The position numbers and the translations under genes were made by a program. Positions 1 to 8,805 of a stretch of 60,749 bases of DNA are shown here, piece after piece (position 1 is the stretch's first letter; every line of letters starts with the position of its first letter). Below the pieces are notes generated by a model. The model searched no databases and was not told the DNA's origin. It saw only the letters and a program-made list of their open reading frames with translations. The stretch is from an uncultured Enterobacteriaceae bacterium (GTDB lineage: Bacteria > Pseudomonadota > Gammaproteobacteria > Burkholderiales > SG8-39). The DNA lies in NCBI GenBank assembly GCA_964631735.1, contig CAZVZV010000230.1, positions 1-60,749 of the forward strand, in the 5' to 3' direction.

Positions 1-691
1 CGCGCTCGCCGGCGTGTCCGACCCGGAGGAAAAACGCAAAGTCATCGGCAAGCAATTCGTCGACGTGTTTCAGCGCGAGGCGGCAAAGATCAGCGGCGCT
101 AAGTGGCTCGCGCAGGGCACCATCTATCCGGACGTCATCGAGTCCGCGGGCGCCAAGACCAAGAAGGCGATGACCATCAAGTCGCACCACAACGTCGGCG
201 GCCTGCCAGAGTCCCTGCACCTCAAGCTGCTCGAGCCATTGCGGGAACTCTTCAAAGACGAGGTGCGCGAACTGGGCCTCGCGCTTGGCCTGCCGCGCGA
301 GATGGTATTCCGCCACCCGTTCCCCGGGCCGGGTCTGGGCGTGCGCATCCTGGGTGAAATCAAGAAGGAATACGTCGCGCTGCTGCAGCGTGCGGACGAC
401 ATCTTCATCCAGGAGCTGCGTGCCGCAGACTGGTACGACAAGACTGCCCAGGCCTTCGCCGTGTTTCTGCCGGTGAAGTCAGTGGGCGTGATGGGCGACG
501 GCCGCACCTACGAGTACGTGGTGGCATTGCGCGCCGTGCAGACCACTGACTTCATGACAGCGGACTGGGCGCCGCTGCCGCACGAACTGCTGGCGAAGGT
601 GTCCAGCCGCATCATCAACGAGGTGCGCGGCATCAACCGCGTCGCCTACGACATCTCCTCCAAACCCCCCGCCACCATCGAGTGGGAGTAG
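1..691 (+). CDS. guaA: GMP synthase (glutamine-hydrolysing), C-terminal part; 5' end lies outside the window
   Basis: Frame open from position 2. Translation ...[18 protein letters not shown]...HHNVGGLPE...[12 protein letters not shown]...[13 protein letters not shown] is the conserved GuaA C-terminus. Confidence 0.95.
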   Translation, partial: ALAGVSDPEEKRKVIGKQFVDVFQREAAKISGAKWLAQGTIYPDVIESAGAKTKKAMTIKSHHNVGGLPESLHLKLLEPLRELFKDEVRELGLALGLPREMVFRHPFPGPGLGVRILGEIKKEYVALLQRADDIFIQELRAADWYDKTAQAFAVFLPVKSVGVMGDGRTYEYVVALRAVQTTDFMTADWAPLPHELLAKVSSRIINEVRGINRVAYDISSKPPATIEWE

Positions 692-705
692 GGCAGCGCC
701 GAGGT
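628..705 (+). repeat. att-like direct repeat, copy 1 (last 64 nt of guaA incl. stop + 14 nt downstream)
   Basis: The 78-nt string cggcatcaaccgcgt...gagtgggagtagggcagcgccgaggt recurs at 3405..3482 with 3 mismatches. Its coding part recurs again at 8907..8970. Confidence 0.8.
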
Positions 706-928
706 CGGGGACACTCGGCTGTCTTGTCCATTCTCGGGATCCGCACCATTTCCCTGCAATCAGCGGTGCAAGCGGCCACGCGCTGGCTCAAATAGTCTCT
801 GCGCGTAGTGTTCTGCAGCGATAGATCAACCACAAACCGGAGCCGCAGGGCAGGGGCGTGGAAAGAGTAAGATTGAATTTCTTATCGCTGGCTTCTGCTG
901 GGGCGGCCGCACTACCTGGACCTATTGC

Positions 929-1270
929 GTGCACAACCCGAAGGTGAAGGCAGGTATCGCCTGGTACGAGTGTCTCGTCGCGCCCTCGAAGGCGCCGCTG
1001 CAGCCGGCCTACCCGGTCGAGCTCGCGCCGCATCTCAAAGTGCCGGTGCTGGGGCTCTACGGCGGAGAGGACGCCAGCATCCCGGTCGCGAACGTCGAGC
1101 AGATGCGCGGCGTGCTGAAGAGCGCGGGCAACACCACGAGCGAAATAGTGGTCTACGACGGCGCGCCGCACGCGTTCTACGCCGACTACCGTCCGAACTA
1201 CCGCAAGGAAGCGGCCGATGACGGCTGGAAGCGGATGCAGGCGTGGTTCAGGAAATACGGCGTCGCCTGA
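929..1270 (+). pseudogene. dienelactone hydrolase family, C-terminal fragment only (5'-truncated)
   Basis: The 113-aa ORF ...[22 protein letters not shown]...[34 protein letters not shown] matches only the C-terminal third of DLH-type alpha/beta hydrolases. No N-terminal nucleophile region lies upstream. Confidence 0.6.
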
Positions 1271-1311
1271 GGAAATCGTTGGGTACCGGTCCGACGATTT
1301 CCTAACGATAC

Positions 1312-2280
1312 TTAATCCATCTTGATGCCCGACTCTTTGATCACCTTTGCCCACTTCGGAATTTCGGACTTGATGGCTGCAGCGAACTCGTCGGGCGAGT
1401 TGCCGATGCCTTCCATACCAAGATCGGCGAGTTTAGCGCGCAGATCGGGTAGCGCGAGCGCCTTAGAGGTTTCGAGATGGAGCTTGTGGAGGATCGTCGC
1501 TGGAGTCCCTGCCGGCGCGAGTAATCCGATCCATCCCGTAACTGCGAAGCCCGTATAACCGGACTCGGCGATGGTCGGCAATTCCGGGGCCGCTGAGGAG
1601 CGCCTTAGCGAGGTCACCGCGAGCGCGCGCAGCTTCCCGTCGCGCACCAGAGGCAACGCCACTTGCATGGGGCTGAACATCATCGTTACACGCCCGCCTA
1701 GCAAGTCCGGGATCGCCGGGGCCACGCCTTTGTAAGGGATATGCCGGATGTCAAGATCCGCCACGGTCTTGAACAACTCCGCGACCACGTGAGGGGTGCT
1801 ACCGCTACCGGCGGAGGCGAACGTGAGACCGCCGGGCTGGACCTTGGCCAAGGCAACTAACTCCTTGACGCTCTTTGCCGGCACGGCGTTGTGGACAACC
1901 AGCGCGTACGCAGACATTGTGACTTGCGAAACCGGCGCGAAATTGTTCACCGTATCAAATTCCAGCTTATACAGGCTGGGATTGATGGCGATCTGCGCCT
2001 CGGTCAAGAGTCCCAGCGTGTAGCCATCCGGTGTTGCTTTCGCGACGCGGTCTGACGCGATATTGCCGGCGGCGCCGGCAGCGTTGTCGACCACGACCGG
2101 TTTTCCCCACGCATCAGTGAATTTTAGGCCGAGGAGGCGCGCGACGGTGTCCGCCGGACCGCCAGGTGGGAAACCGACGACGATGCGGATCGGCTTTTCG
2201 GGGTAATTCGTTTGCGCGGCAGGACTCTCCACGATCAGCAGCGCCAGCAGCCCAAACATGAGACCAGATACTGGTTTCAT
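1312..2280 (-). CDS. Bug/TctC-family tripartite tricarboxylate transporter substrate-binding protein
   Basis: Signal peptide MKPVSGLMFGLLALLIVESPAAQ, then YPEKPIRIVVGFPPGGPADTVAR...IPYKGVAPAIPDLLGGRV...GWIGLLAPAGTP. ATG at 2280 is preceded by GAAGGAGGGAAGA. Confidence 0.85.
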   Translation of the reverse strand: MKPVSGLMFGLLALLIVESPAAQTNYPEKPIRIVVGFPPGGPADTVARLLGLKFTDAWGKPVVVDNAAGAAGNIASDRVAKATPDGYTLGLLTEAQIAINPSLYKLEFDTVNNFAPVSQVTMSAYALVVHNAVPAKSVKELVALAKVQPGGLTFASAGSGSTPHVVAELFKTVADLDIRHIPYKGVAPAIPDLLGGRVTMMFSPMQVALPLVRDGKLRALAVTSLRRSSAAPELPTIAESGYTGFAVTGWIGLLAPAGTPATILHKLHLETSKALALPDLRAKLADLGMEGIGNSPDEFAAAIKSEIPKWAKVIKESGIKMD

Positions 2281-2449
2281 TCTTCCCTCCTTCAGAAAGC
2301 GTTGCATCAGATTGACCGATGCTCGGGAATCAGACAAATGAATTGTTAGAATTCGTCACATTCAGCTTGTTCATGTCTCTGGGATCAGCGCAAGGGATCG
2401 CAGCACGAAATCGAGAATCGACACTGTCGGTGGCCGCATTGATCTGAAC

Positions 2450-3328
2450 TTGCTCGTCGTTTTCGACGCAATCTTTAGATTGCGTAACCTGACGGCGGCA
2501 GGAAGGACGCTGGGCCTCAGCCAGCCTGCCATGAGCCATGCGCTCGGCAGGCTGCGCACTACTTTCAAGGACCCGCTATTCGTGCGATTGCCTCGCGGCC
2601 TGCAGCCCACGCCGTTCGCGACCGAACTCGCGCCCGCGCTCATGGAAGGTCTGGGCAAGATACGTGGTGGCCTGGAACGCAGGACTTTCGATCCTGCCAA
2701 GTCGACCCGCATCTTCAATATCGGGATGGGAGACATCGCCGAAGTGGTTCAACTGCCGCAGCTCCTGCGTGAACTACGAGCGAGCGCGTCCCACGTCAGG
2801 CTGCATACCACGCAGATTCCCGGTCCTCGCCTCCGCGACGCCCTTGGCGATGGCGAAGTAGACATGGCTATAGGCGACTACAAGCTCGGCGCCGGTTGCC
2901 GCGACGTCGCGCTTTACGAGGTCGAATACGCCTGTGTGCTGCGCGCGGACCACCCGGCCATAGGCGCACGGCTCACGTTGAAGCAGTTCAAGGCCGCCGA
3001 GCATATCCTGGTCGCTCCCCAAGACGCTTTTCACCATGCCCAAAATATCGAGCGGGCGCTGACGAGCCGTAAGGTCAAAGCGCGCATCGCTGTGCAGGTA
3101 TCGCACTTTCACGGCGTTATGGCATTGATCACCAGCACCGACCTGATCGCCACGATTCCCGGCGGGCTGGCGCAATCGATGCAGCAGTTTGCAAACATCA
3201 AAGTCCTTCCACCACCCATCCCGCTGCCGAAGATCAGGGTGTCGCTGTATTGGCACGAGCGCTTCCACCGCGACCCGGGCAATGCCTGGCTGAGAGGCGT
3301 TTACATGAAGCTGTTCAAATCTGGATAG
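2450..3328 (+). CDS. LysR-family transcriptional regulator
   Basis: HTH (IDLN)[36 protein letters not shown] plus a LysR substrate-binding domain. Divergent from the Bug gene. Start uncertain: the first ATG/GTG/TTG in frame is TTG 2450, although IDLN is encoded just upstream. Confidence 0.8.
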   Translation: MLVVFDAIFRLRNLTAAGRTLGLSQPAMSHALGRLRTTFKDPLFVRLPRGLQPTPFATELAPALMEGLGKIRGGLERRTFDPAKSTRIFNIGMGDIAEVVQLPQLLRELRASASHVRLHTTQIPGPRLRDALGDGEVDMAIGDYKLGAGCRDVALYEVEYACVLRADHPAIGARLTLKQFKAAEHILVAPQDAFHHAQNIERALTSRKVKARIAVQVSHFHGVMALITSTDLIATIPGGLAQSMQQFANIKVLPPPIPLPKIRVSLYWHERFHRDPGNAWLRGVYMKLFKSG

Positions 3329-3404
3329 CGAAACCGAAGCGAAGGCGCGGGCGGCGGCGCGCGCCGAGGGGATGCCGCTCAGCAAGTGGGTGGCCGGGCG
3401 CACC

Positions 3405-3482
3405 CGGCATCAACCGCGTGGCCTACGACATCTCCTCCAAACCGCCCGCCACCATAGAGTGGGAGTAGGGCAGCGCCGAGGT
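3405..3482 (+). repeat. att-like direct repeat, copy 2 (orphan guaA 3' fragment, 64 nt of CDS + same 14 nt downstream)
   Basis: Encodes ...[20 protein letters not shown] with no upstream guaA body. 75/78 nt are identical to 628..705, including the post-stop ggcagcgccgaggt. Confidence 0.8.
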
Positions 3483-3580
3483 TGTAGGTCGCAAGCGCCA
3501 TGAGCCGTTCGTCGGCACGATGGCCGACAAGCACGGCCCGCGGGCAGTCCTGAACCGGATTTAAGAGCAAGACAGACGCA

Positions 3581-5560
3581 TCACTCGAGCGACCTGGCGA
3601 CACGGAAACCGAGCGCGGTGAGGCGGTAATCGGCAAGGTGCTGGGAGCGGTTCGCCGAGCGTGCATAGCGCGGCTCGAGGGCCCAGGAACCGCCGCGGAA
3701 CACGCGCCGGGAACAGTCTCCGCTCAGCCAGGCGGAGCCGTCGGCCGGCGCTTCCTTGAAGCTTGCGTTCCAGCAATCCGCGGTCCATTCCCTCACGTTT
3801 CCCAGCATATCGTAGAGCCCGAAGCCGTTCGCCCGGTACGAGCCGGCCGGCGCAGTGAAGTATCTGCCGTCGTTGCATTCGTGCCTGCGCTCGCTCGGTC
3901 GCGAAAAAGTTCTGCGAAACGCTGTGCGGTAGGTACTCTGGTCGCCTACATTCTCATGGAGGCAGGCCTGATTGGGATCTTCGCCCCAGTAGCGTGCGGT
4001 TCTCGTCCCGGCGCGTGCTGCGTACTCCCATTCCGCTTCGCTCGGCAATCTATAGGTCTTCCCGGTCTTCGTCGACAGCCAGCGAACATACGCTCCTGCA
4101 TCGTTCCAGCTCACGCAGACCACCGGGTCGCGGTCGGTGTTCTGGTGGATTCCGGGATCGCGCCAGCTTCTTCCCGTCTGCCAGTCGGATTTTGACGCCT
4201 CCCCGTCGGAAAAATTGAACCCGAAGCATCCCGGATTGCCGACGTTACGTTCTGCTTCGGTCTTGTATCTCGCCTCCACCACGAATCGTTCGAACTCGGC
4301 ATACGTGACCTCGTTCCGCCCCAGCGCAAACGGCTGTGCGATCCGCACGGCGCGCAGCGGGCCCTCATGCTCGAAGCGCCCGGCTTCCGACGCCGGCGAA
4401 CCCATCGTGAATTCGCCCGCGGGAATCACCACCATTGGCGGGCAATCGTGGCAGTCGTCAAACACCGTTCCGGGCTTGTGCACCTGGCGCCGAGCCTGTT
4501 CGGCTTGAGCTTTTTCCACCTTGCGGGTTTCCTCGGCCTTGCTCGCGGAAAGCAAGAAGATCCGCGCAAGCTCCACGAACTGCCCCTTGGGGTATCTGTC
4601 GACGTACGCCTGGTACAGCGCAGGCTCTTTGCTGCCCTTGATGCTTTCCCAATAACTCAACTCCACAGCCATCGGGTCGAGCTTCGCCGGCGCAGCGGGC
4701 TTGGCACGAGTGGCGGCTGGACTGGTCACGGCGCGTGGCAGGAAGAAGACGAAGTCACCCTTGTCCAGATAGGGGTCGCGAATCTTGCCGTACTGGGGAG
4801 TCTGGGCACCGCGCGTGTAATTGATGACCGTCTCCTCGAGGAACTGGCTGAGCTCCGAGGCTGTGACGTACCCATCCCGGTTCAGATCGGCTTCGCCGGC
4901 CAGCGCCGCAACGAACTGGCGGCGGAACACACTGTCATCGGGCACCTCCTGATCAGCGGCGCCGGCCGTGATGAACTGGCGAACGGGCTTGGTGGTCTTG
5001 TCCGAAATCGTTGTCGGAACAGCCCGAGAGAGGCTGAAGATCGAACCCGAGAAGCAACTGTCGAACAGAAACAGCGCATGCTTGGCGTCCATCTGCTTAG
5101 CGTAGATCTCGATCTCAAGCATGCTTACTGCTCTGGAGGTGATTCCGCCGCGGCCGCCGCTCGGCAACGGGGTATCAACCGGCACCATGTACCCCATTTC
5201 CTGTCCCTGCGCGCCCTTGAGGGTGTAGCCATGACCGGCGTAGTAGAACAGCAGACGCGCCTTCGGGTCCTGTCCTTGCTTTGCGATGAAGGCACGCATC
5301 GCGCGGTCAAAGCCGGAACGGGTGGGGTCCATCACGGTCGTGACCTCAAAACCGTGCTTCTCGAGGGCGGTCTTCACCAGCGCCACGTCTTTCTTCACTC
5401 CCGGCAGGCGCGGCCAGTGCACGTAACTACTCGCGCCTACCACCAGCGCATAACTCTTGCCGTAGAGAGCAACCTGACCCTTGCCAGTGTCGAGGCGCAG
5501 GACTGCCTGCGCCGGAAACACCAGAACCGTCAGCAACAGGGCGAGATAGCGCATGGCCAC
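3581..5560 (-). CDS. exported caspase-like (peptidase C14) protein with EF-hand loop and C-terminal FGE/SUMF1-like domain
   Basis: Signal peptide MAMRYLALLLTVLVFPAQA. C14 dyad motifs FYYAGHGY and LFLFDSCFSGS. EF loop DLNRDGYVTASE. C-terminal FGE-sulfatase motifs RLPSEAEWEYAARAG, GLYDMLGNVREW, FRGGSW, LGFRVAR. The start is GTG 5560 or ATG 5554. Confidence 0.85.
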   Translation of the reverse strand: MAMRYLALLLTVLVFPAQAVLRLDTGKGQVALYGKSYALVVGASSYVHWPRLPGVKKDVALVKTALEKHGFEVTTVMDPTRSGFDRAMRAFIAKQGQDPKARLLFYYAGHGYTLKGAQGQEMGYMVPVDTPLPSGGRGGITSRAVSMLEIEIYAKQMDAKHALFLFDSCFSGSIFSLSRAVPTTISDKTTKPVRQFITAGAADQEVPDDSVFRRQFVAALAGEADLNRDGYVTASELSQFLEETVINYTRGAQTPQYGKIRDPYLDKGDFVFFLPRAVTSPAATRAKPAAPAKLDPMAVELSYWESIKGSKEPALYQAYVDRYPKGQFVELARIFLLSASKAEETRKVEKAQAEQARRQVHKPGTVFDDCHDCPPMVVIPAGEFTMGSPASEAGRFEHEGPLRAVRIAQPFALGRNEVTYAEFERFVVEARYKTEAERNVGNPGCFGFNFSDGEASKSDWQTGRSWRDPGIHQNTDRDPVVCVSWNDAGAYVRWLSTKTGKTYRLPSEAEWEYAARAGTRTARYWGEDPNQACLHENVGDQSTYRTAFRRTFSRPSERRHECNDGRYFTAPAGSYRANGFGLYDMLGNVREWTADCWNASFKEAPADGSAWLSGDCSRRVFRGGSWALEPRYARSANRSQHLADYRLTALGFRVARSLE

Positions 5561-5576
5561 AACGCCATCATGACCG

Positions 5577-6575
5577 CTATTGATGGCTAAACGATCTCGT
5601 TACCACGATGTCGTCAACACCCGCTTGCGCCGCGAATGCCTGTGGCGTGAACGAAACTCGCTGCCCCGACTCGGCTTGCACCGCGCTCTGCGTACCCATC
5701 TGGATCTTCACCAGGCCTCGCATGGCCTGAGGCGGTATCACCGCCTCACGCACCGGGCGCGAACTCCTTGCAAGGCCGGAGCGAGGAGTCTTTGCCAACT
5801 GGCCGAGAGAGGTTTCGAGGTCTTGGCGCGGTCCGCGCGAGGCGATGAAGAACACCTGCTCGACACCCTTGTACTGATCCAGCCCGTACCAGGCGGTGCC
5901 TTCCGGCACGATGTAAAGCTGGTCGGCGCGCACCGGGTTGGTCTTGCGAGTGGCTGGATCCGGGAACACGCGCGCGACGTACCCGGTCGCATCTACGCCG
6001 ATGACGTAAACGTAACAGTCGCAATTGGCGCGAAACGAGAATTTCACCACATCGCCCTTGCGCGGATCGCTTCCACCATCGCGCAGGACTTCGCCGTCCT
6101 GGATCGGCACCGGATCGGCTCGGCGTGCGGCGCGCTCGCTCGCGCGCTGGGCCAGTATTGCAGCGTCGAGAACGATCGCCGGCATGGCGGTCCCGGAGCC
6201 GCCCTGACCGTATCGCGGGTCCGGATACGGGCTGGGTTGACCCGGGATCGGAGGGTAGCCGGGCTGTCCGCCAGGGGCGGTGGATTGCGCCGGATACGGA
6301 TAATTCGAAGGTGCGCCGCCTTGCGGCTGCGGATACGGGCTGTCCTGCCCGTAGCCGGCTGTGCCCGGTGGCGTGCCGCCCTGGGTTCTCTTGACCATCC
6401 GATCCGAATAGAGGGCGAGCAGAAGGCCCTCGAGTTGATTTGAATACTGTTTTGAATAGTTCTGCGACGCCGCCGAGACGAGGTCTGCGCCCAACTTTAC
6501 CGCCAGCGGTGCAAGCGCGGCGCAGCCCGCCGCGCACGCGAGGATTGTCAGAACGCCAGATCTGATACTTGTCAT
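5577..6575 (-). CDS. probable lipoprotein with P/G/Q/Y-rich linker and C-terminal DUF4384-like domain
   Basis: MTSIRSGVLTILAC (lipobox-like), then a low-complexity GYGQDSPYPQPQGGAPSNYPYPAQ... stretch. C-terminal KGDVVKFSFRANCDCYVYVIGVDATGYVARVFPDP. ATG 6575 is preceded by GGGAGAG. A GTG at 6605 is an alternative start. Confidence 0.75.
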   Translation of the reverse strand: MTSIRSGVLTILACAAGCAALAPLAVKLGADLVSAASQNYSKQYSNQLEGLLLALYSDRMVKRTQGGTPPGTAGYGQDSPYPQPQGGAPSNYPYPAQSTAPGGQPGYPPIPGQPSPYPDPRYGQGGSGTAMPAIVLDAAILAQRASERAARRADPVPIQDGEVLRDGGSDPRKGDVVKFSFRANCDCYVYVIGVDATGYVARVFPDPATRKTNPVRADQLYIVPEGTAWYGLDQYKGVEQVFFIASRGPRQDLETSLGQLAKTPRSGLARSSRPVREAVIPPQAMRGLVKIQMGTQSAVQAESGQRVSFTPQAFAAQAGVDDIVVTRSFSHQ

Positions 6576-6632
6576 TGTTGCTCTCCCACGATGCCAATAT
6601 GCCACGGTTCCCCGCGTGCCGGGCGGCGCGCT

Positions 6633-8111
6633 TCACTGCAGTGTCGAGAACCGCAGCACCGCCTCACCGATGGCGGGCTGCGCGGCACCCGCTTTCCGAC
6701 CCTTTTCACCTGTTGCACCGGCCATGTTGACGCGCACGAGCCCTCGCACACGCTTGATGGTCTCGACGGGATCGGTCCCGATCATGTGCAGCTTTCGCAC
6801 CGGATCAAGCCGAGCGGGCGGCAGCGCGCGCTCGGGCGGCTCGCTAGTGGCAAACACCTGTATCGCTTCCAAGCCGAGCGGCGGCTCGACGGTGAATTGT
6901 CCCAGGGTCTGCCATCGGTTCGCGCCGTCTGCGTGAACACGCCGCACAAAGCGATTGCCGCCCCCTGCCTCCCCGATCTCCATCAGGTAACTGAAGCGCA
7001 GGTTCGCCTTGTCCACGTGTCCGACGACGTAGTAGTACCCGGGCCGATCCAGCTTGACGAGCAGCCGGTCACGGTCGCCCGGACGGTAATAAAGATTTCG
7101 CTGTCCGCGTTCCGTGCGGACATCGACGCCCATGATGTTGCTGGCACCCGCGCCGGCTGGCCTCGCGCCCTCATCGAGCGATTCGATGCGAACCAGTCCG
7201 CGGCTGAGCGCTTCGGTCAATCCGCGCGCCGCTGGCAACGCGCGAAAACCCTGCTCGGCCGCCGCCGGCAGCAGGAACACAAACGCCCGCTCGGTGTTGA
7301 AGGATGCGTCCAGGAGAAAAAGCGTCAGCAGAATTTTCTTGTTGATCTGCTCGTACCAGCCGTCGAGCGTATAACGTATCGCTTGGCCGGGAGTCGATAT
7401 CTGGCCGCTGAGCGCGTCGGCGATCGCGGCGGAGAGCCCCGTCACCTCCGAATTGTCGGCACGAATTGGCGCGATCACCCGAACTCCGGAAACCTTCGCG
7501 TGCTCGAGTTCGAACTTGACGCGCCGCGCCACATCTTTGGCGCCGGCAAGCGGCGACAGGTCCGTAGTGGCCCGGTGCCGGAGCGCCGCTTCATCCCATC
7601 GGACTTCGGAACGGGCGTCGGATGAGAAGAGCTTCAGCACCGCGTCGATGCGCTGGTACTGGTCGAGCCAGGCGAACTCCTCGGCGAATCGAGCCGCCGC
7701 CGATTGACCTGCCCGGATCGGAGCGGAATCGAGTCCGCGCAGGCGTTCTGCCAGCCGTCCGGCCTCGCGCTGGTACGCCGCGAGACTCGCGTCCGTCAGT
7801 CGCGCCTCAAAGCGCAGCTGCCCGGCGTCTGTGCCGGCGCGGACCATTTCGATGCCAATCAGCGGCAGCTCACGCCCAGGGGCCAACGCGCGTGGCAACG
7901 CAACCGCCTTGCCCGAAGCGCTTTGCGGCCGGTGCGCGCCAATTCGCTGCAACCTGTACGCGAGATCCTCTTGCGCCGCCGCCCGGGCCGCCTCTGCCGA
8001 TTTGCTGGAGCCGTGGCCGACGAGAAGCACTGCCGCCCAGGCAGGGGCGGCGACGACCGCGAGCAGGAATGTCGCGAAAAGGACGGACCGGCAAGACTGT
8101 ACGTTTCTCAT
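6633..8111 (-). CDS. exported protein of unknown function with C-terminal DUF4384-like domain
   Basis: Signal peptide MRNVQSCRSVLFATFLLAVVAAPAWA. C-terminal GDRDRLLVKLDRPGYYYVVGHVDKANLRFSYLMEI...LEAIQVFATSEPP. First gene of a tightly spaced three-gene operon (gaps of 27 and 16 nt). Alternative start at ATG 8177. Confidence 0.7.
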   Translation of the reverse strand: MRNVQSCRSVLFATFLLAVVAAPAWAAVLLVGHGSSKSAEAARAAAQEDLAYRLQRIGAHRPQSASGKAVALPRALAPGRELPLIGIEMVRAGTDAGQLRFEARLTDASLAAYQREAGRLAERLRGLDSAPIRAGQSAAARFAEEFAWLDQYQRIDAVLKLFSSDARSEVRWDEAALRHRATTDLSPLAGAKDVARRVKFELEHAKVSGVRVIAPIRADNSEVTGLSAAIADALSGQISTPGQAIRYTLDGWYEQINKKILLTLFLLDASFNTERAFVFLLPAAAEQGFRALPAARGLTEALSRGLVRIESLDEGARPAGAGASNIMGVDVRTERGQRNLYYRPGDRDRLLVKLDRPGYYYVVGHVDKANLRFSYLMEIGEAGGGNRFVRRVHADGANRWQTLGQFTVEPPLGLEAIQVFATSEPPERALPPARLDPVRKLHMIGTDPVETIKRVRGLVRVNMAGATGEKGRKAGAAQPAIGEAVLRFSTLQ

Positions 8112-8227
8112 GACACGCGTCCGGACGTCGTTGCGCCGCTGACCGAGATCCCGGAGGAGCGCCCGTGCTACTCTCATCGGGGTGTCTTGGCGTTCAGTTT
8201 CGGCATTCAACCGAGGAAGAGTAACCC

Positions 8228-8761
8228 ATGGCCAACGTGTTTCGAGTCGTTTTCCTTTGTCTGACCCTTGCAGCGGCGACGCAGGTCTGCGCGCAGACGA
8301 TTGTCTATTCCGTCGATGGGTGGCCACGCATGGGCACCCGCGCTGACGGCAAGCTCGAGGCACACACCTTCTCCTTCAGCGCCAACCGTCCAGCGCCGGC
8401 AGCAGCCGGCGCGCCCGCCGGCCGTGTCAGCGTTATTGACGTCCACTTGGCGATACAGGATGTTGATGCCACTCATCAGTTCCTGCGAGCGGCACTCCCC
8501 GGCCAGCCACTGAAAAGCGTCCTGATCGAAAACCCGCTGCCGAACGCAACGAAGGGAGCACCCGCTCCATTCGCGATTCGGCTCCTCGACGTATTGGTTA
8601 CTTCGATCCAGGGTGGGGTGGGGTACGGCGGCGGCCCTACAACGAACGTCAGCCTTCAAGCAGCAAGGATCGAGTTTTTCAATTCAGTTCAGGGCCCGAG
8701 CGGCAAACCAGGGCCGGTGAATCGGCTCGGGTATGACTTGAGAACCGGCAAAATCTTCTGA
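8228..8761 (+). CDS. secreted Hcp-like (T6SS tube-fold-like) protein with Sec signal peptide
   Basis: MANVFRVVFLCLTLAAATQVCAQ signal. The mature part follows the Hcp1 pattern by eye: FSFSANRP...AGRVSVIDVHLAIQDVDATHQFLRAAL...FAIRLLDVLVTSIQGG...NVSLQAARIEFF...RLGYDLRTGK. Divergent from the 8111-start operon. Confidence 0.55.
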   Translation: MANVFRVVFLCLTLAAATQVCAQTIVYSVDGWPRMGTRADGKLEAHTFSFSANRPAPAAAGAPAGRVSVIDVHLAIQDVDATHQFLRAALPGQPLKSVLIENPLPNATKGAPAPFAIRLLDVLVTSIQGGVGYGGGPTTNVSLQAARIEFFNSVQGPSGKPGPVNRLGYDLRTGKIF

Positions 8762-8805
8762 GCGCATCGACGTAGCGCATGTTTACAGGAAAACCCAACC
8801 GCCGC

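Larger units (their letters stand above)
706..3404. mobile_element. putative integrated-element remnant A, bounded by guaA 3'-end repeats; no integrase present
   Basis: Flanked by repeat copies 1 and 2. Cargo is a 5'-truncated hydrolase gene, a Bug-family binding protein and a LysR regulator. No recombinase ORF is visible. Confidence 0.4.
3483..8805. mobile_element. putative integrated-element remnant B, bounded by guaA 3'-end repeats; no integrase present
   Basis: Flanked by repeat copy 2 and the deleted guaA fragment at 8806..8970. All four cargo genes encode exported proteins. Confidence 0.4.

Noticed and set aside
3329-3404. Short reading frame [22 protein letters not shown] just left of repeat copy 2, reminiscent of ribbon-helix-helix antitoxin C-termini
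   Set aside because: About 25 codons with no start codon or partner gene. Too short and too compositionally biased to call.
4367-5590. 407-aa ORF antisense to the caspase-like gene, plus other 60-190-aa ORFs across 3.6-8.7 kb
   Set aside because: They have no motifs and an Arg-rich composition. The minus-strand reading gives signal peptides and domain signatures.
706-8805. Searched both inserted segments for integrase, excisionase, transposase, IS ends or conjugation genes
   Set aside because: None found in any frame. The segments are therefore called only putative, decayed elements rather than an active ICE or prophage.
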